Source: a bacterium
GTDB taxonomy: Bacteria > Bacteroidota > Bacteroidia > Bacteroidales > WCHB1-69
DNA: 64,000 nucleotides
Direction of reading: 5' to 3'
Assembly: GCA_963643165.1 (NCBI GenBank)
Contig: CAVIJD010000008.1
Coordinates: 4,397 to 68,396 of the forward strand
The notes beneath the pieces were generated by a model that was not told the origin of the DNA, did not search any database, and saw nothing but the letters and a program-made list of their open reading frames with translations. Shown here in pieces: positions 38,859 to 46,250 of this stretch (the first letter of the stretch is position 1; each line of letters begins with the position of its first letter). The position numbers and the translations under genes are program-made.

Positions 38859-41309
38859 ATGACCAAAAGATTTACCTTTTCAACATTAGTCATATTGTTT
38901 GCTTTCAGCAATTTAATAATCGCTCAGACCGAAAGTCCGTACAGCGGATTCAGTCCGGAGAAGGTCAAAGAAAACACGAAATACACCCGTAATTTTGCGC
39001 CCAACAACTATGATTCGAAGATTCTGTACGACTGCATGACCGAGATCCTCGACGCGGCGCGGGCGCAATACCGCTATCTGCCGGCGCTGAAACATGACAT
39101 CCGGCTGGACTCCACCGCGCAGTTCCAGGCCGACTACATGGGCTCGAAAGATGAGCGCACCGAGGAGAACCTGGCCCCTTACAAAACCATCCCCTACCGT
39201 CTGCGCAAATACGGGCTCGCGGGCAACGGGCAGGAGCTGGTGGCCAAGACGAAAGCCTATCTGGGCGAGGCCGAATACTCCTACTACGACCTCTGCCTCT
39301 CGGCGGTGCTCAACCTGCTGAAGAACGCCAAGTTAGTCGATATCCTGCTCGACCGCCAGTACTCCTACGTGGGCATCGGCTTCTGCACCGACATGATGAT
39401 GCGGAACATGTACATCTCGTTCGTGCTGGGCAACGACCGCACTTTCAACAACTACAAGCCCGCCATCGGCACCAAAGACCTGCCCTACTCCAAAGGACAG
39501 TCGGGGCTGAAGTCCTTTGACAGCAAGATCTGCAAGAAATGCGCCGCCGAAACCGGCCTTGAGACACTCTCAGAGTACTTCAGCATCAACAAAAACGGCG
39601 ATGTCTATATCACCTGCAACGACTACAAGGCCGTGAAGAAACTCATCGGCAAAGAGGGCGACGCCATTGCCCTCGACTTTGTGCAGCAAAGCCAATACGA
39701 CTGCGAGGGGTTCACCATCGACTATGACCATCCGCACCGCGGCTTCGTCACCAAACCCATCACCTTTGAGAGCATCCTCGCGAAAAACGAGAACACCAAC
39801 CTCAAGACCGGGAAACTCATCGCCAAGGTCGCCACACTCCCCGAGACCATCGAACTCAGCGCCCCCGTTGAACTGCACATCCTGATTCTGAAAGAGGGCA
39901 ACCGCGTTTGCCGCACCATCATACCTAAATATATAGAAACCAAAAATGCCGACTACACTGAGAAGGTCAACTTCATTGAAGACAAGAGCGGCAGTGTCGG
40001 CGAATGGGTGCCCGCCGCGGAGACGGACTCTTTCAGCGTCGAGTTCCCCTACACCCTCAAAAAAACCGACTACACCTGTGCCGCTTTCGACTCTGCCCTG
40101 AAAGCCATCAACGTGCCCGAATACAACATCAACCGCATCGAAATCATAGCGCACAACTCGCCCAACTATTACAAGGACGCCGTCTATCAGAAAACGCAAC
40201 AGAAACGGGCTGACTATCTGAAGAAAAACATGCAAACCCGCTACCCGGGCACGGAAATCACCGTACGTTACGACTTCTGCTGGGACCTCTTCAAAGAGAA
40301 AATAGTGAACCAGAGCGACTACTATGACCTCAGTTTCCTGACCTTAGACGAGGCCGCCCGCCAGCTCAAAGGCGACAGTTACGCGCTCAAGACCCTCGAC
40401 AGCGGCTACCTTGCGCCTTGCCGCTACTATGAAATCAAGTTCCACGTCACCTACCCCATCGGCAACAAAGAGCAGGAGCAGGCCTTCACCTTGTGGAAAT
40501 TCAACAGTGCCATAGCCAACAAGAACAAGAAACTCGCCTCCTCCATCGCGAAATACATTGCCGGCCAGGTCAGAGAGGGCAACTACACCTCTTCCACCGT
40601 ATCCCAGATGCGGATTCCCTGGACCAAAAGTTATCAGACCCTGCTGAACAACAAAATGTACATGCTCTACTATCTTGCGCCCCACATGACCAAGCAGTTG
40701 AAAGACAGCATCACGCGCGTAAGCAACCTTGACGCCACCAACCAGACCGTCTTTTTCAACACCACCGTGGCCGACGTGGCACTGAGTTCAATCAAGACAC
40801 CGGCCGACGTGGCGCAGATCCAAGCCAAGATTGACAAGCTCTACACGATGCCCACCGTCCAGAAGGCCTACGTTGACGCCCTCAACCTCGAGCACCAGTT
40901 GAACGTCATCGACTACACCGACACCGCCGCCAAGACCACCGAAACCATTGCCTTGACAACAGCCGCCTACAGCAAAGTCAAGAGTCTGCAGAACCCCCAA
41001 ATGGACACTTGGCGCAATGCCTACAAGAAAGCCTCCTATTTTGTGAAAAACCACGACTACACCTACGCCATCTCGCTGATGGAGCCTTTCCTGGACGACG
41101 AGAAAGTGTCGGAAGACTTTCTCATGTCGTACGTTTCCATTGCGGCGCACCGCGAGCAGACCTACCTGAGCCCGCTCTTCACGAAAGCCGTAACGAGAGC
41201 CTTTGAGAAGAACCCCGCGCGGCTTTGCGGCATCTTCGGCAAACTCCCCTATTGCGTCATGGAAAACGAGGAGGTGAAGAGCATCCTTTGCAAAAACTGC
41301 GACAGATAG
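38859..41309 (+). CDS. Secreted hypothetical protein (816 aa)
   Basis: Start chosen at MTKRFTFSTLVILFAFSNLIIAQ (signal peptide). Long uninterrupted ORF with coding-like composition. A possible CAP/SCP-like N-terminal region is not verifiable by eye. Confidence 0.6.
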   Translation: MTKRFTFSTLVILFAFSNLIIAQTESPYSGFSPEKVKENTKYTRNFAPNNYDSKILYDCMTEILDAARAQYRYLPALKHDIRLDSTAQFQADYMGSKDERTEENLAPYKTIPYRLRKYGLAGNGQELVAKTKAYLGEAEYSYYDLCLSAVLNLLKNAKLVDILLDRQYSYVGIGFCTDMMMRNMYISFVLGNDRTFNNYKPAIGTKDLPYSKGQSGLKSFDSKICKKCAAETGLETLSEYFSINKNGDVYITCNDYKAVKKLIGKEGDAIALDFVQQSQYDCEGFTIDYDHPHRGFVTKPITFESILAKNENTNLKTGKLIAKVATLPETIELSAPVELHILILKEGNRVCRTIIPKYIETKNADYTEKVNFIEDKSGSVGEWVPAAETDSFSVEFPYTLKKTDYTCAAFDSALKAINVPEYNINRIEIIAHNSPNYYKDAVYQKTQQKRADYLKKNMQTRYPGTEITVRYDFCWDLFKEKIVNQSDYYDLSFLTLDEAARQLKGDSYALKTLDSGYLAPCRYYEIKFHVTYPIGNKEQEQAFTLWKFNSAIANKNKKLASSIAKYIAGQVREGNYTSSTVSQMRIPWTKSYQTLLNNKMYMLYYLAPHMTKQLKDSITRVSNLDATNQTVFFNTTVADVALSSIKTPADVAQIQAKIDKLYTMPTVQKAYVDALNLEHQLNVIDYTDTAAKTTETIALTTAAYSKVKSLQNPQMDTWRNAYKKASYFVKNHDYTYAISLMEPFLDDEKVSEDFLMSYVSIAAHREQTYLSPLFTKAVTRAFEKNPARLCGIFGKLPYCVMENEEVKSILCKNCDR

Positions 41310-41360
41310 ACACGGAGGCCACACGCTGAGACGGACGGCTTTAACTATTACGATTAGAAA

Positions 41361-42425
41361 ATGAACGAAGACATCACCAGACTCAATCAGGAGGAAGAGC
41401 AGGAGGAGTCGGGCGGCAAGGACTTGCTGTACGAGCATTTCCGTTTCACCGTAGATCCGGGCACCGAGTTGCTGCGCATCGACAAATACCTGTTCAACCT
41501 CATCCGCCACACCTCCCGCAACAAGATACAGCAAGCCTCCAAGGCCGGCTGCATCGTAGTGAACGGCAAGCCCGAGAAGCAGAACTACAAAGTACACCCC
41601 GGCGACGTCATCTCGGTGCTGATGCCCAATCCGCCCAGGGACACGGAGATAGTGCCCGAAGACATTCCCTTGGACATCACCTACGAGGACGACGACCTCA
41701 TCATCATCAACAAGAAAGCCGGCATGGTGGTACATCCCGCCTTCGGCAATTTCACGGGCACGATGGTCAACGCGCTCTACCACTACATGTTAGGCAAGCA
41801 GTTGCCTGACGGCTCGCCGATGCGCCCGCTTTTAGTACACCGCATCGACAAGAACACATCGGGGCTGTTGGTGGTGGCCAAAAACGAGCAAGCGCAGATG
41901 CGCTTGGCCAAGGTTTTCTTCAACCACGACCTCGAACGCCGCTACTGGGCTTTAGTTTGGGGCGACTTTGAAGAAGACGAAGGCACGATAGTGGGCAACG
42001 TGGGGCGCAACCCGAAAGACCGGATGGTGATGGCCGTATTTCCGGAGGGGAGCGACCAAGGCAAGCATGCCGTCACCCATTGGCGCGTGCTGGAACGGTT
42101 CGGCTACGTCACCCTCGTGGAGTGCCAACTTGAGACCGGGCGGACGCACCAGATCCGCGTACACATGCAGCACGTCGGGCATCCGCTGTTCAGCGACGAG
42201 TCGTACGGCGGCAACCGCATCCTGAAAGGCACCACCTTCACCAAATACCAGCAATTTGTGCGCAACTGCTTCGCGCTGATGCCGCGGCAGGCCCTGCATG
42301 CCAAGTCGTTAGGCTTCGCCCATCCCACCACGGGAGAGTTTGTGCGGTTTGAGTCGGAACTGCCGTCCGACTTCCAGTCGGTGCTGGAGAAGTGGCGCAA
42401 TTATGTCAAGGCAAACCGCGAGTAG
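41361..42425 (+). CDS. rluD: 23S rRNA pseudouridine synthase, RluA/RluD family
   Basis: S4-like N-terminus, catalytic HRIDKNTSGLLVVAK, YWALVWG and GRTHQIRVH motifs. Confidence 0.9.
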   Translation: MNEDITRLNQEEEQEESGGKDLLYEHFRFTVDPGTELLRIDKYLFNLIRHTSRNKIQQASKAGCIVVNGKPEKQNYKVHPGDVISVLMPNPPRDTEIVPEDIPLDITYEDDDLIIINKKAGMVVHPAFGNFTGTMVNALYHYMLGKQLPDGSPMRPLLVHRIDKNTSGLLVVAKNEQAQMRLAKVFFNHDLERRYWALVWGDFEEDEGTIVGNVGRNPKDRMVMAVFPEGSDQGKHAVTHWRVLERFGYVTLVECQLETGRTHQIRVHMQHVGHPLFSDESYGGNRILKGTTFTKYQQFVRNCFALMPRQALHAKSLGFAHPTTGEFVRFESELPSDFQSVLEKWRNYVKANRE

Positions 42426-42430
42426 GGCTT

Positions 42431-42447
42431 GCCTTGGCTTTCACGGC
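42431..42447. repeat. 17-bp direct repeat, left copy (gccttggctttcacggc)
   Basis: Identical 17-mer at 46234-46250. The left copy begins 6 nt after the rluD stop. Confidence 0.8.
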
Positions 42448-42536
42448 ATCAACACATAACGCTGCGACGACACCAAACGGTTGAGGTTCATCTCGTCCTC
42501 GAGTGTCTTTCCGGAAATGGTCATTCTCCACGGCTA

Positions 42537-42575
42537 CTGCACGAATGTTGAATGCAGTATGTTGAATGTTGAGCC
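42537..42575. repeat. Heptad repeat block R2, copy B
   Basis: ctgcacgaatgttgaatgcagtatgttgaatgttgagcc, compare 21054-21090. Confidence 0.65.
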
Positions 42576-42623
42576 TCTTCGAGGCTCTGTTTGGCTTGGG
42601 GCAAGACGCGCCCACGCACCATC

Positions 42624-42840
42624 GGTCCTCGAAGAGGGCCAACATCATCGTGTTAGTCGGGAATCGCCGACTTCGCCAAGTACAGGCGGGAATTCTTCGA
42701 GAAATACATCGACCTTTCCAAAGGCCTGCCGACAGACGACACGCTGCGAGGCTTCTTCCGGGACCTGAACCCGAAGTCGTTCCGGGCCCGCTTTGCGGAA
42801 TGGGCATCCTCCATCGTGCATGACAGTGCGCATGGCAAGG
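42624..42840 (+). pseudogene. ISAs1-family transposase, N-terminal (DDE_Tnp_1-associated) fragment only
   Basis: IADFAKYRREFFEKYIDLSKGLPTDDTLRGFFRDLNPKSFRARFAEWASSI follows the ISAs1 N-domain pattern I..F.K...EF.....L..G.P..DT....F...NP..F...F..W. The upstream part (RSSKRANIIVLVG) is in another frame. There is no DDE catalytic domain downstream. Confidence 0.7.
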
Positions 42841-42902
42841 TCGTCAAAGTGAAACGCCCCAGCCGCAATCAGTTGACTCGTTCGTGCGGTAGCCCTGCGT
42901 CA

Positions 42903-42923
42903 TTCTCTTCACAGGAGAAATAT
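42903..42923. repeat. 21-bp perfect inverted repeat, left arm (ttctcttcacaggagaaatat)
   Basis: Exact reverse complement of 43049-43069. The arms enclose 125 bp of very AT-rich DNA. Confidence 0.9.
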
Positions 42924-43031
42924 TTATTGTCTTAAACACTATCTACCAATGTGTTATAAAAATTATAAATGTAAAAAAATGGCATATTTTATTTTTTATT
43001 ATTAAACATAGTCCAATGTCATATTTTTAGT

Positions 43032-43039
43032 TATCTTTG
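43032..43039 (+). promoter_or_regulatory. -7 box (TAtcTTTG) inside the IR-flanked segment, facing the RiPP-like operon
   Basis: TATCTTTG matches TAnnTTTG. It lies 10 nt before the right IR arm and 150 nt before the peptide ORF ATG (43189). No clear TTTG -33 element seen. Confidence 0.45.
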
Positions 43040-43048
43040 CACCGTTGT

Positions 43049-43069
43049 ATATTTCTCCTGTGAAGAGAA
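43049..43069. repeat. 21-bp perfect inverted repeat, right arm (atatttctcctgtgaagagaa)
   Basis: Reverse complement of 42903-42923. Confidence 0.9.
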
Positions 43070-43188
43070 ATATGCGGACAGAAAAAGTTAATTTATAAGA
43101 ATGCGATTAACTTTAAAACAATAAGAAAACAGAAAAAGCCGAATCGCTGGAAAGGAGGTAGGCATTAACCCATAAAACCATTAATGCT

Positions 43189-43308
43189 ATGAAGAATTAT
43201 TCAAAAGCAAAAATGATTGCAAAGAACCTCGCTACTGGCTCTTACGCTGCAGGTTGCCCTGAAAAAGGTCGTGGACTTGATTGCCTCAATTGCGAGCGTA
43301 CAAGGTAA
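43189..43308 (+). CDS. Candidate RiPP precursor peptide (39 aa, three Cys in the C-terminal half)
   Basis: My own translation: MKNYSKAKMIAKNLATGSYAAGCPEKGRGLDCLNCERTR. It sits directly upstream of an RRE-fused radical SAM/SPASM gene on the same strand. Below the ORF-track cut-off. Alternative start at Met9. Confidence 0.55.
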   Translation: MKNYSKAKMIAKNLATGSYAAGCPEKGRGLDCLNCERTR

Positions 43309-43324
43309 TCTTTGCAAGCAATTC

Positions 43325-43369
43325 GGAAGGAGTCTCCTTAAGAAATGGGAGATTCCTTCCTTTCCTTTT
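43325..43369 (+). terminator. Hairpin plus U-rich tract between peptide gene and maturase (attenuator-like)
   Basis: GGAAGGAGTCTCC (43325-43337), a 10-nt loop, then GGAGATTCCTTCC (43348-43360). The stem is 13 bp with one G.U pair, followed by TTTCCTTTT. Confidence 0.5.
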
Positions 43370-43391
43370 AAAACTCAAAACAAAAAAATAT

Positions 43392-44855
43392 ATGTTGATA
43401 AGACAAAGCAAGAACACATTCATAAGAGTGACAGAAAGGTATGGGTACATTACCAATCAGATGACCCGTCATGATAGGACATACGATGAAAATGGCGCTG
43501 ATTGGTTGAAAGAGATTAGCCGAGAACCGCAAACTATAGATGATATAATTGGTCGCCTTCAAAAAAATTATTGCGATGTAGATGCAGAAACGCTCAAGGC
43601 AGATTTTATGGAGTTTGCTGAGAGTTTGGCAAGAGATAAGTTCATTGTTATGGCTGAAACAGTTGAAGAACTTGATGCCAAGGACGATGATTTTACCTAC
43701 GCTATAGATAATCCTAAAACTCTGCGAGACGATTTTTATCAAGTAACGGAAGAGAAGGTGAGTGAGAACACCCAAGATTTCTTTTTGGAAGAAGTTCAAG
43801 GACGCCCATTGATTTCCAGTCTTCAATTCGAGTTGTCAAGCCGATGCAACGAACGGTGCATTCACTGCTATATTCCCAACGATAAGAAAAACCACGGCTT
43901 TGATATGCCTGCGGAAAAAGTCAAAAGCATACTCGACGAATTTGCGCAGATGGGAGGCATACATGTTACACTGTCGGGAGGAGAGGCATTTTTGCACAAG
44001 AATCTGATTGAGATAGTGAATTACTGCAGGGAAAAAGATCTCAAAATCAGTATCCTTTCAAATCTAATATCGCTAAAGGACGAACAAATCCCAGCTCTTA
44101 AAGCTGCCAATTTATCTTTGATTCAGGTCTCGCTTTACTCTATGGATCCAGAGATTCACGACTTTATCACCACGGTGAAAGGCTCGTGGCAAAAAACAAA
44201 AGATGCGATTGAAAAACTTGTTGCCGCAGATATCCCTGTACAAATTAGTTGCCCTATAATGAAGGCCAACAAAAAAGGTTATGACAAGGTGTTAGACTAT
44301 GCTAAATCATTGAAAATAAAGGCGCAGACCGACTATATAATGATGGCTCGTTCTGATCTTGACACAGAGAATCTTGCCAATCGTCTGTCGCTTGAGGAGA
44401 CGGAAGAGTTGCTGCGCACATTGATAGAACACGACATCAATTACAAGGAGGAAACTTTACAGCAACTACCTATATCTGATCAAATCAAGTTTGATCTTGA
44501 ACGTTTCAAAAAGCAACCTGTATGTGGTGTAGGATATGATAACTGTTGCATTACTACAAATGGCGATGTCTATCCGTGTGCAGGCTGGCAGGATTATGTG
44601 CTTGGCAATGTTTACAAGCAATCATTAAAGGAGATATGGGAAAACAGCGAACGAGTAAAAGAACTTCGTAAAATAACCCAGGCCTCATTCCCACAATGTC
44701 TTGAATGTGAGGCAAGGGACTATTGCGCTCGTTGTCTTGTCCGTAATTATAACGAAAGCGGAGGCGATATGTTTGCTGTGAACCATCATTTTTGCGATGT
44801 GGCATTTTTGAACAAAAAGATTGTTGAAGAATACAAAGAGAAAGGATTGTTATAA
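43392..44855 (+). CDS. Radical SAM/SPASM peptide-modifying enzyme with N-terminal PqqD-like RRE domain
   Basis: CNERCIHC (CxxxCxxC) rSAM cluster. C-terminal auxiliary-cluster Cys pattern CGVGYDNCC..YPCAGW..CLECEARDYCARC (SPASM-like). N-terminal ~95 aa (FIRVTERYGYITNQ...GADWLKEISREPQTIDDIIGRLQKNY.VDAETLKADFMEFAESLARDKFIV) resembles PqqD/RRE. ATG at 43392 is preferred over the ORF-track start 43281, which overlaps the peptide ORF. Confidence 0.85.
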   Translation: MLIRQSKNTFIRVTERYGYITNQMTRHDRTYDENGADWLKEISREPQTIDDIIGRLQKNYCDVDAETLKADFMEFAESLARDKFIVMAETVEELDAKDDDFTYAIDNPKTLRDDFYQVTEEKVSENTQDFFLEEVQGRPLISSLQFELSSRCNERCIHCYIPNDKKNHGFDMPAEKVKSILDEFAQMGGIHVTLSGGEAFLHKNLIEIVNYCREKDLKISILSNLISLKDEQIPALKAANLSLIQVSLYSMDPEIHDFITTVKGSWQKTKDAIEKLVAADIPVQISCPIMKANKKGYDKVLDYAKSLKIKAQTDYIMMARSDLDTENLANRLSLEETEELLRTLIEHDINYKEETLQQLPISDQIKFDLERFKKQPVCGVGYDNCCITTNGDVYPCAGWQDYVLGNVYKQSLKEIWENSERVKELRKITQASFPQCLECEARDYCARCLVRNYNESGGDMFAVNHHFCDVAFLNKKIVEEYKEKGLL

Positions 44856-45148
44856 TGGGTGCTGATGACATAAAGGACTTATTGGAACTGATTATCTGTG
44901 TGTTGGGCGTAGTTATACCACTGTTTTTTTTGATTAAAGAACGCTACGATAAGAAAAGACGCAAATTAGCTCAGCAGGTAATAGCGTATCATTGCTTGCA
45001 AGAGGAGGCCGTAGAATGGATAAAGGCACTTGCACCCACAGAAAAAAAAGTAAAAGAACAACTGCGTGAACGCGCCTCTAAGCATAAAGATAATGTAGCG
45101 CAAATATATCCTAAAATGGCAACAAAAGAGGCTTCAAAATATCTGTAA
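44855..45148 (+). CDS. Small single-pass membrane protein (97 aa), unknown function
   Basis: TM segment LLELIICVLGVVIPLFFLI followed by a charged helical tail. TAATG overlaps with both neighbours indicate translational coupling. Confidence 0.6.
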   Translation: MGADDIKDLLELIICVLGVVIPLFFLIKERYDKKRRKLAQQVIAYHCLQEEAVEWIKALAPTEKKVKEQLRERASKHKDNVAQIYPKMATKEASKYL

Positions 45149-45921
45149 TGCTAATTGATTCGCATATTCATGTGGGGCAGTTCAGAGAACAATATTTTGC
45201 TCCGTCAACTATTCATCGGTTGGTAGAGCAATTAGGGATAGATTATTATGCAGTCTCTTCAACCACCATGTGCGAAGAAGACTATCCGAAAGTTATAGAA
45301 GAAATCCAACAACTTGTTGAAATAGATGGGGAAAAAGTGCTCCCAGTAATGTGGATTACACCGGCAGGATTGGAAGGAAACATCGCTTGGTTTTTGGAAT
45401 CGAGTATCAAATGGAGGTGTTTGAAAGTTCATCCGCTCCTTCATCCTAATGATTGGTGTCCGGAAGGGGGACAATTTCGAGATGTTGTGGATATAGCAAG
45501 AGCGTTACATCTGCCATTGCTTATACATACTGGAAATGATGTAATTTGTCATTGTGGCAAGTATGAACCGTTAGTCGCGAACAATCCAGATGTGGTTTTC
45601 ATACTTGCTCATGGCAGACCATTGACGCAGATTGTTCCTTTGCTTCGCAATTATTCTAATGCGTATGCAGATTCGGCTTTCATGCAAGTGGCAGATATGT
45701 CACAATTGATGCAATATGGACTATCTCACAAATTGTTATGGGGAACAGACATGTGCATTCCGAAGTATTATTATCCCCAAAAGGATATGCAAGTATACTA
45801 TCAAAGGAAATTGGACGCTTTTAAAAAAGTTAGTTCAACGGAACAATATGAACAAGTAACATTCCATAATGCAATGAAATTGTGGAGTCTTGAATGTATC
45901 TTAAAAGGCTTAACGAAATAA
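45148..45921 (+). CDS. TIM-barrel metal-dependent hydrolase (amidohydrolase_2-like)
   Basis: N-terminal HxH motif (MLIDSHIHVG). Later metal-ligand contexts are LKVHPLLH, LLIHTGND, ILAHGRP and LWGTDMCIP. 257 aa. Confidence 0.7.
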   Translation: MLIDSHIHVGQFREQYFAPSTIHRLVEQLGIDYYAVSSTTMCEEDYPKVIEEIQQLVEIDGEKVLPVMWITPAGLEGNIAWFLESSIKWRCLKVHPLLHPNDWCPEGGQFRDVVDIARALHLPLLIHTGNDVICHCGKYEPLVANNPDVVFILAHGRPLTQIVPLLRNYSNAYADSAFMQVADMSQLMQYGLSHKLLWGTDMCIPKYYYPQKDMQVYYQRKLDAFKKVSSTEQYEQVTFHNAMKLWSLECILKGLTK

Positions 45922-45945
45922 GTAATGTGTCTTGTGATGATATGA

Positions 45946-46085
45946 TTGTAGAAATGGCACATATCAATAATAAAGACAAAGACACAAGTCCTTCCAATCC
46001 AAGTGTTTATAATGTTGATGTCAGGAATGATGAGGGAGATACTCGACCTCCTCATATACATGTTGCCCATAAAACCGAACAATGG
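45946..46085 (+). pseudogene. Possible DUF4160-like gene fragment
   Basis: MIVEMAHINNKDKDTSPSNPSVYNVDVRNDEGDTRPPHIHVAHKTEQW. The PPHxH motif recalls DUF4160. The reading frame then runs into repeat and IS-fragment sequence. Confidence 0.25.
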
Positions 46086-46148
46086 GGGTCTTGGTCTTCG
46101 TTAAACGACCTTGCGTGTCTTCCACCGGTCAGCCCCGAGTCAAACAGA

Positions 46149-46170
46149 TCCTCGAAGAGGGCCAACATCG
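46149..46170 (+). mobile_element. Short ISAs1-like 5' coding fragment (third copy)
   Basis: tcctcgaagagggccaacatcg (encodes SSKRANI), identical core to 42626-42646. Confidence 0.5.
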
Positions 46171-46192
46171 TGGAAAGAGAGAAAGAACAACA

Positions 46193-46221
46193 CGCGTAAC
46201 GCCTCTACATTCTAAATTCAC
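46193..46221. repeat. Intergenic repeat family R1, partial copy D
   Basis: cgcgtaacgcctctacattctaaattcac. Confidence 0.55.
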
Positions 46222-46233
46222 TTTTGTGCGGTA

Positions 46234-46250
46234 GCCTTGGCTTTCACGGC
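46234..46250. repeat. 17-bp direct repeat, right copy (gccttggctttcacggc)
   Basis: Identical to 42431-42447. Ends at the first base of the dehydrogenase stop codon (minus strand). Confidence 0.8.

Noticed and set aside
43217-43474. 85-aa ORF, and the 43281 start of the 524-aa ORF
   Set aside because: Both overlap the 39-aa peptide ORF and the hairpin at 43325-43360 in other frames. The PqqD-like homology of the rSAM begins only after the ATG at 43392.
45894-46199. 101-aa ORF downstream of the amidohydrolase
   Set aside because: It is not a credible intact gene. Only a ~48-aa PPHIH-containing segment looks gene-like, and the remainder is translation of IS-fragment and repeat sequence. It is kept only as a low-confidence pseudogene fragment.
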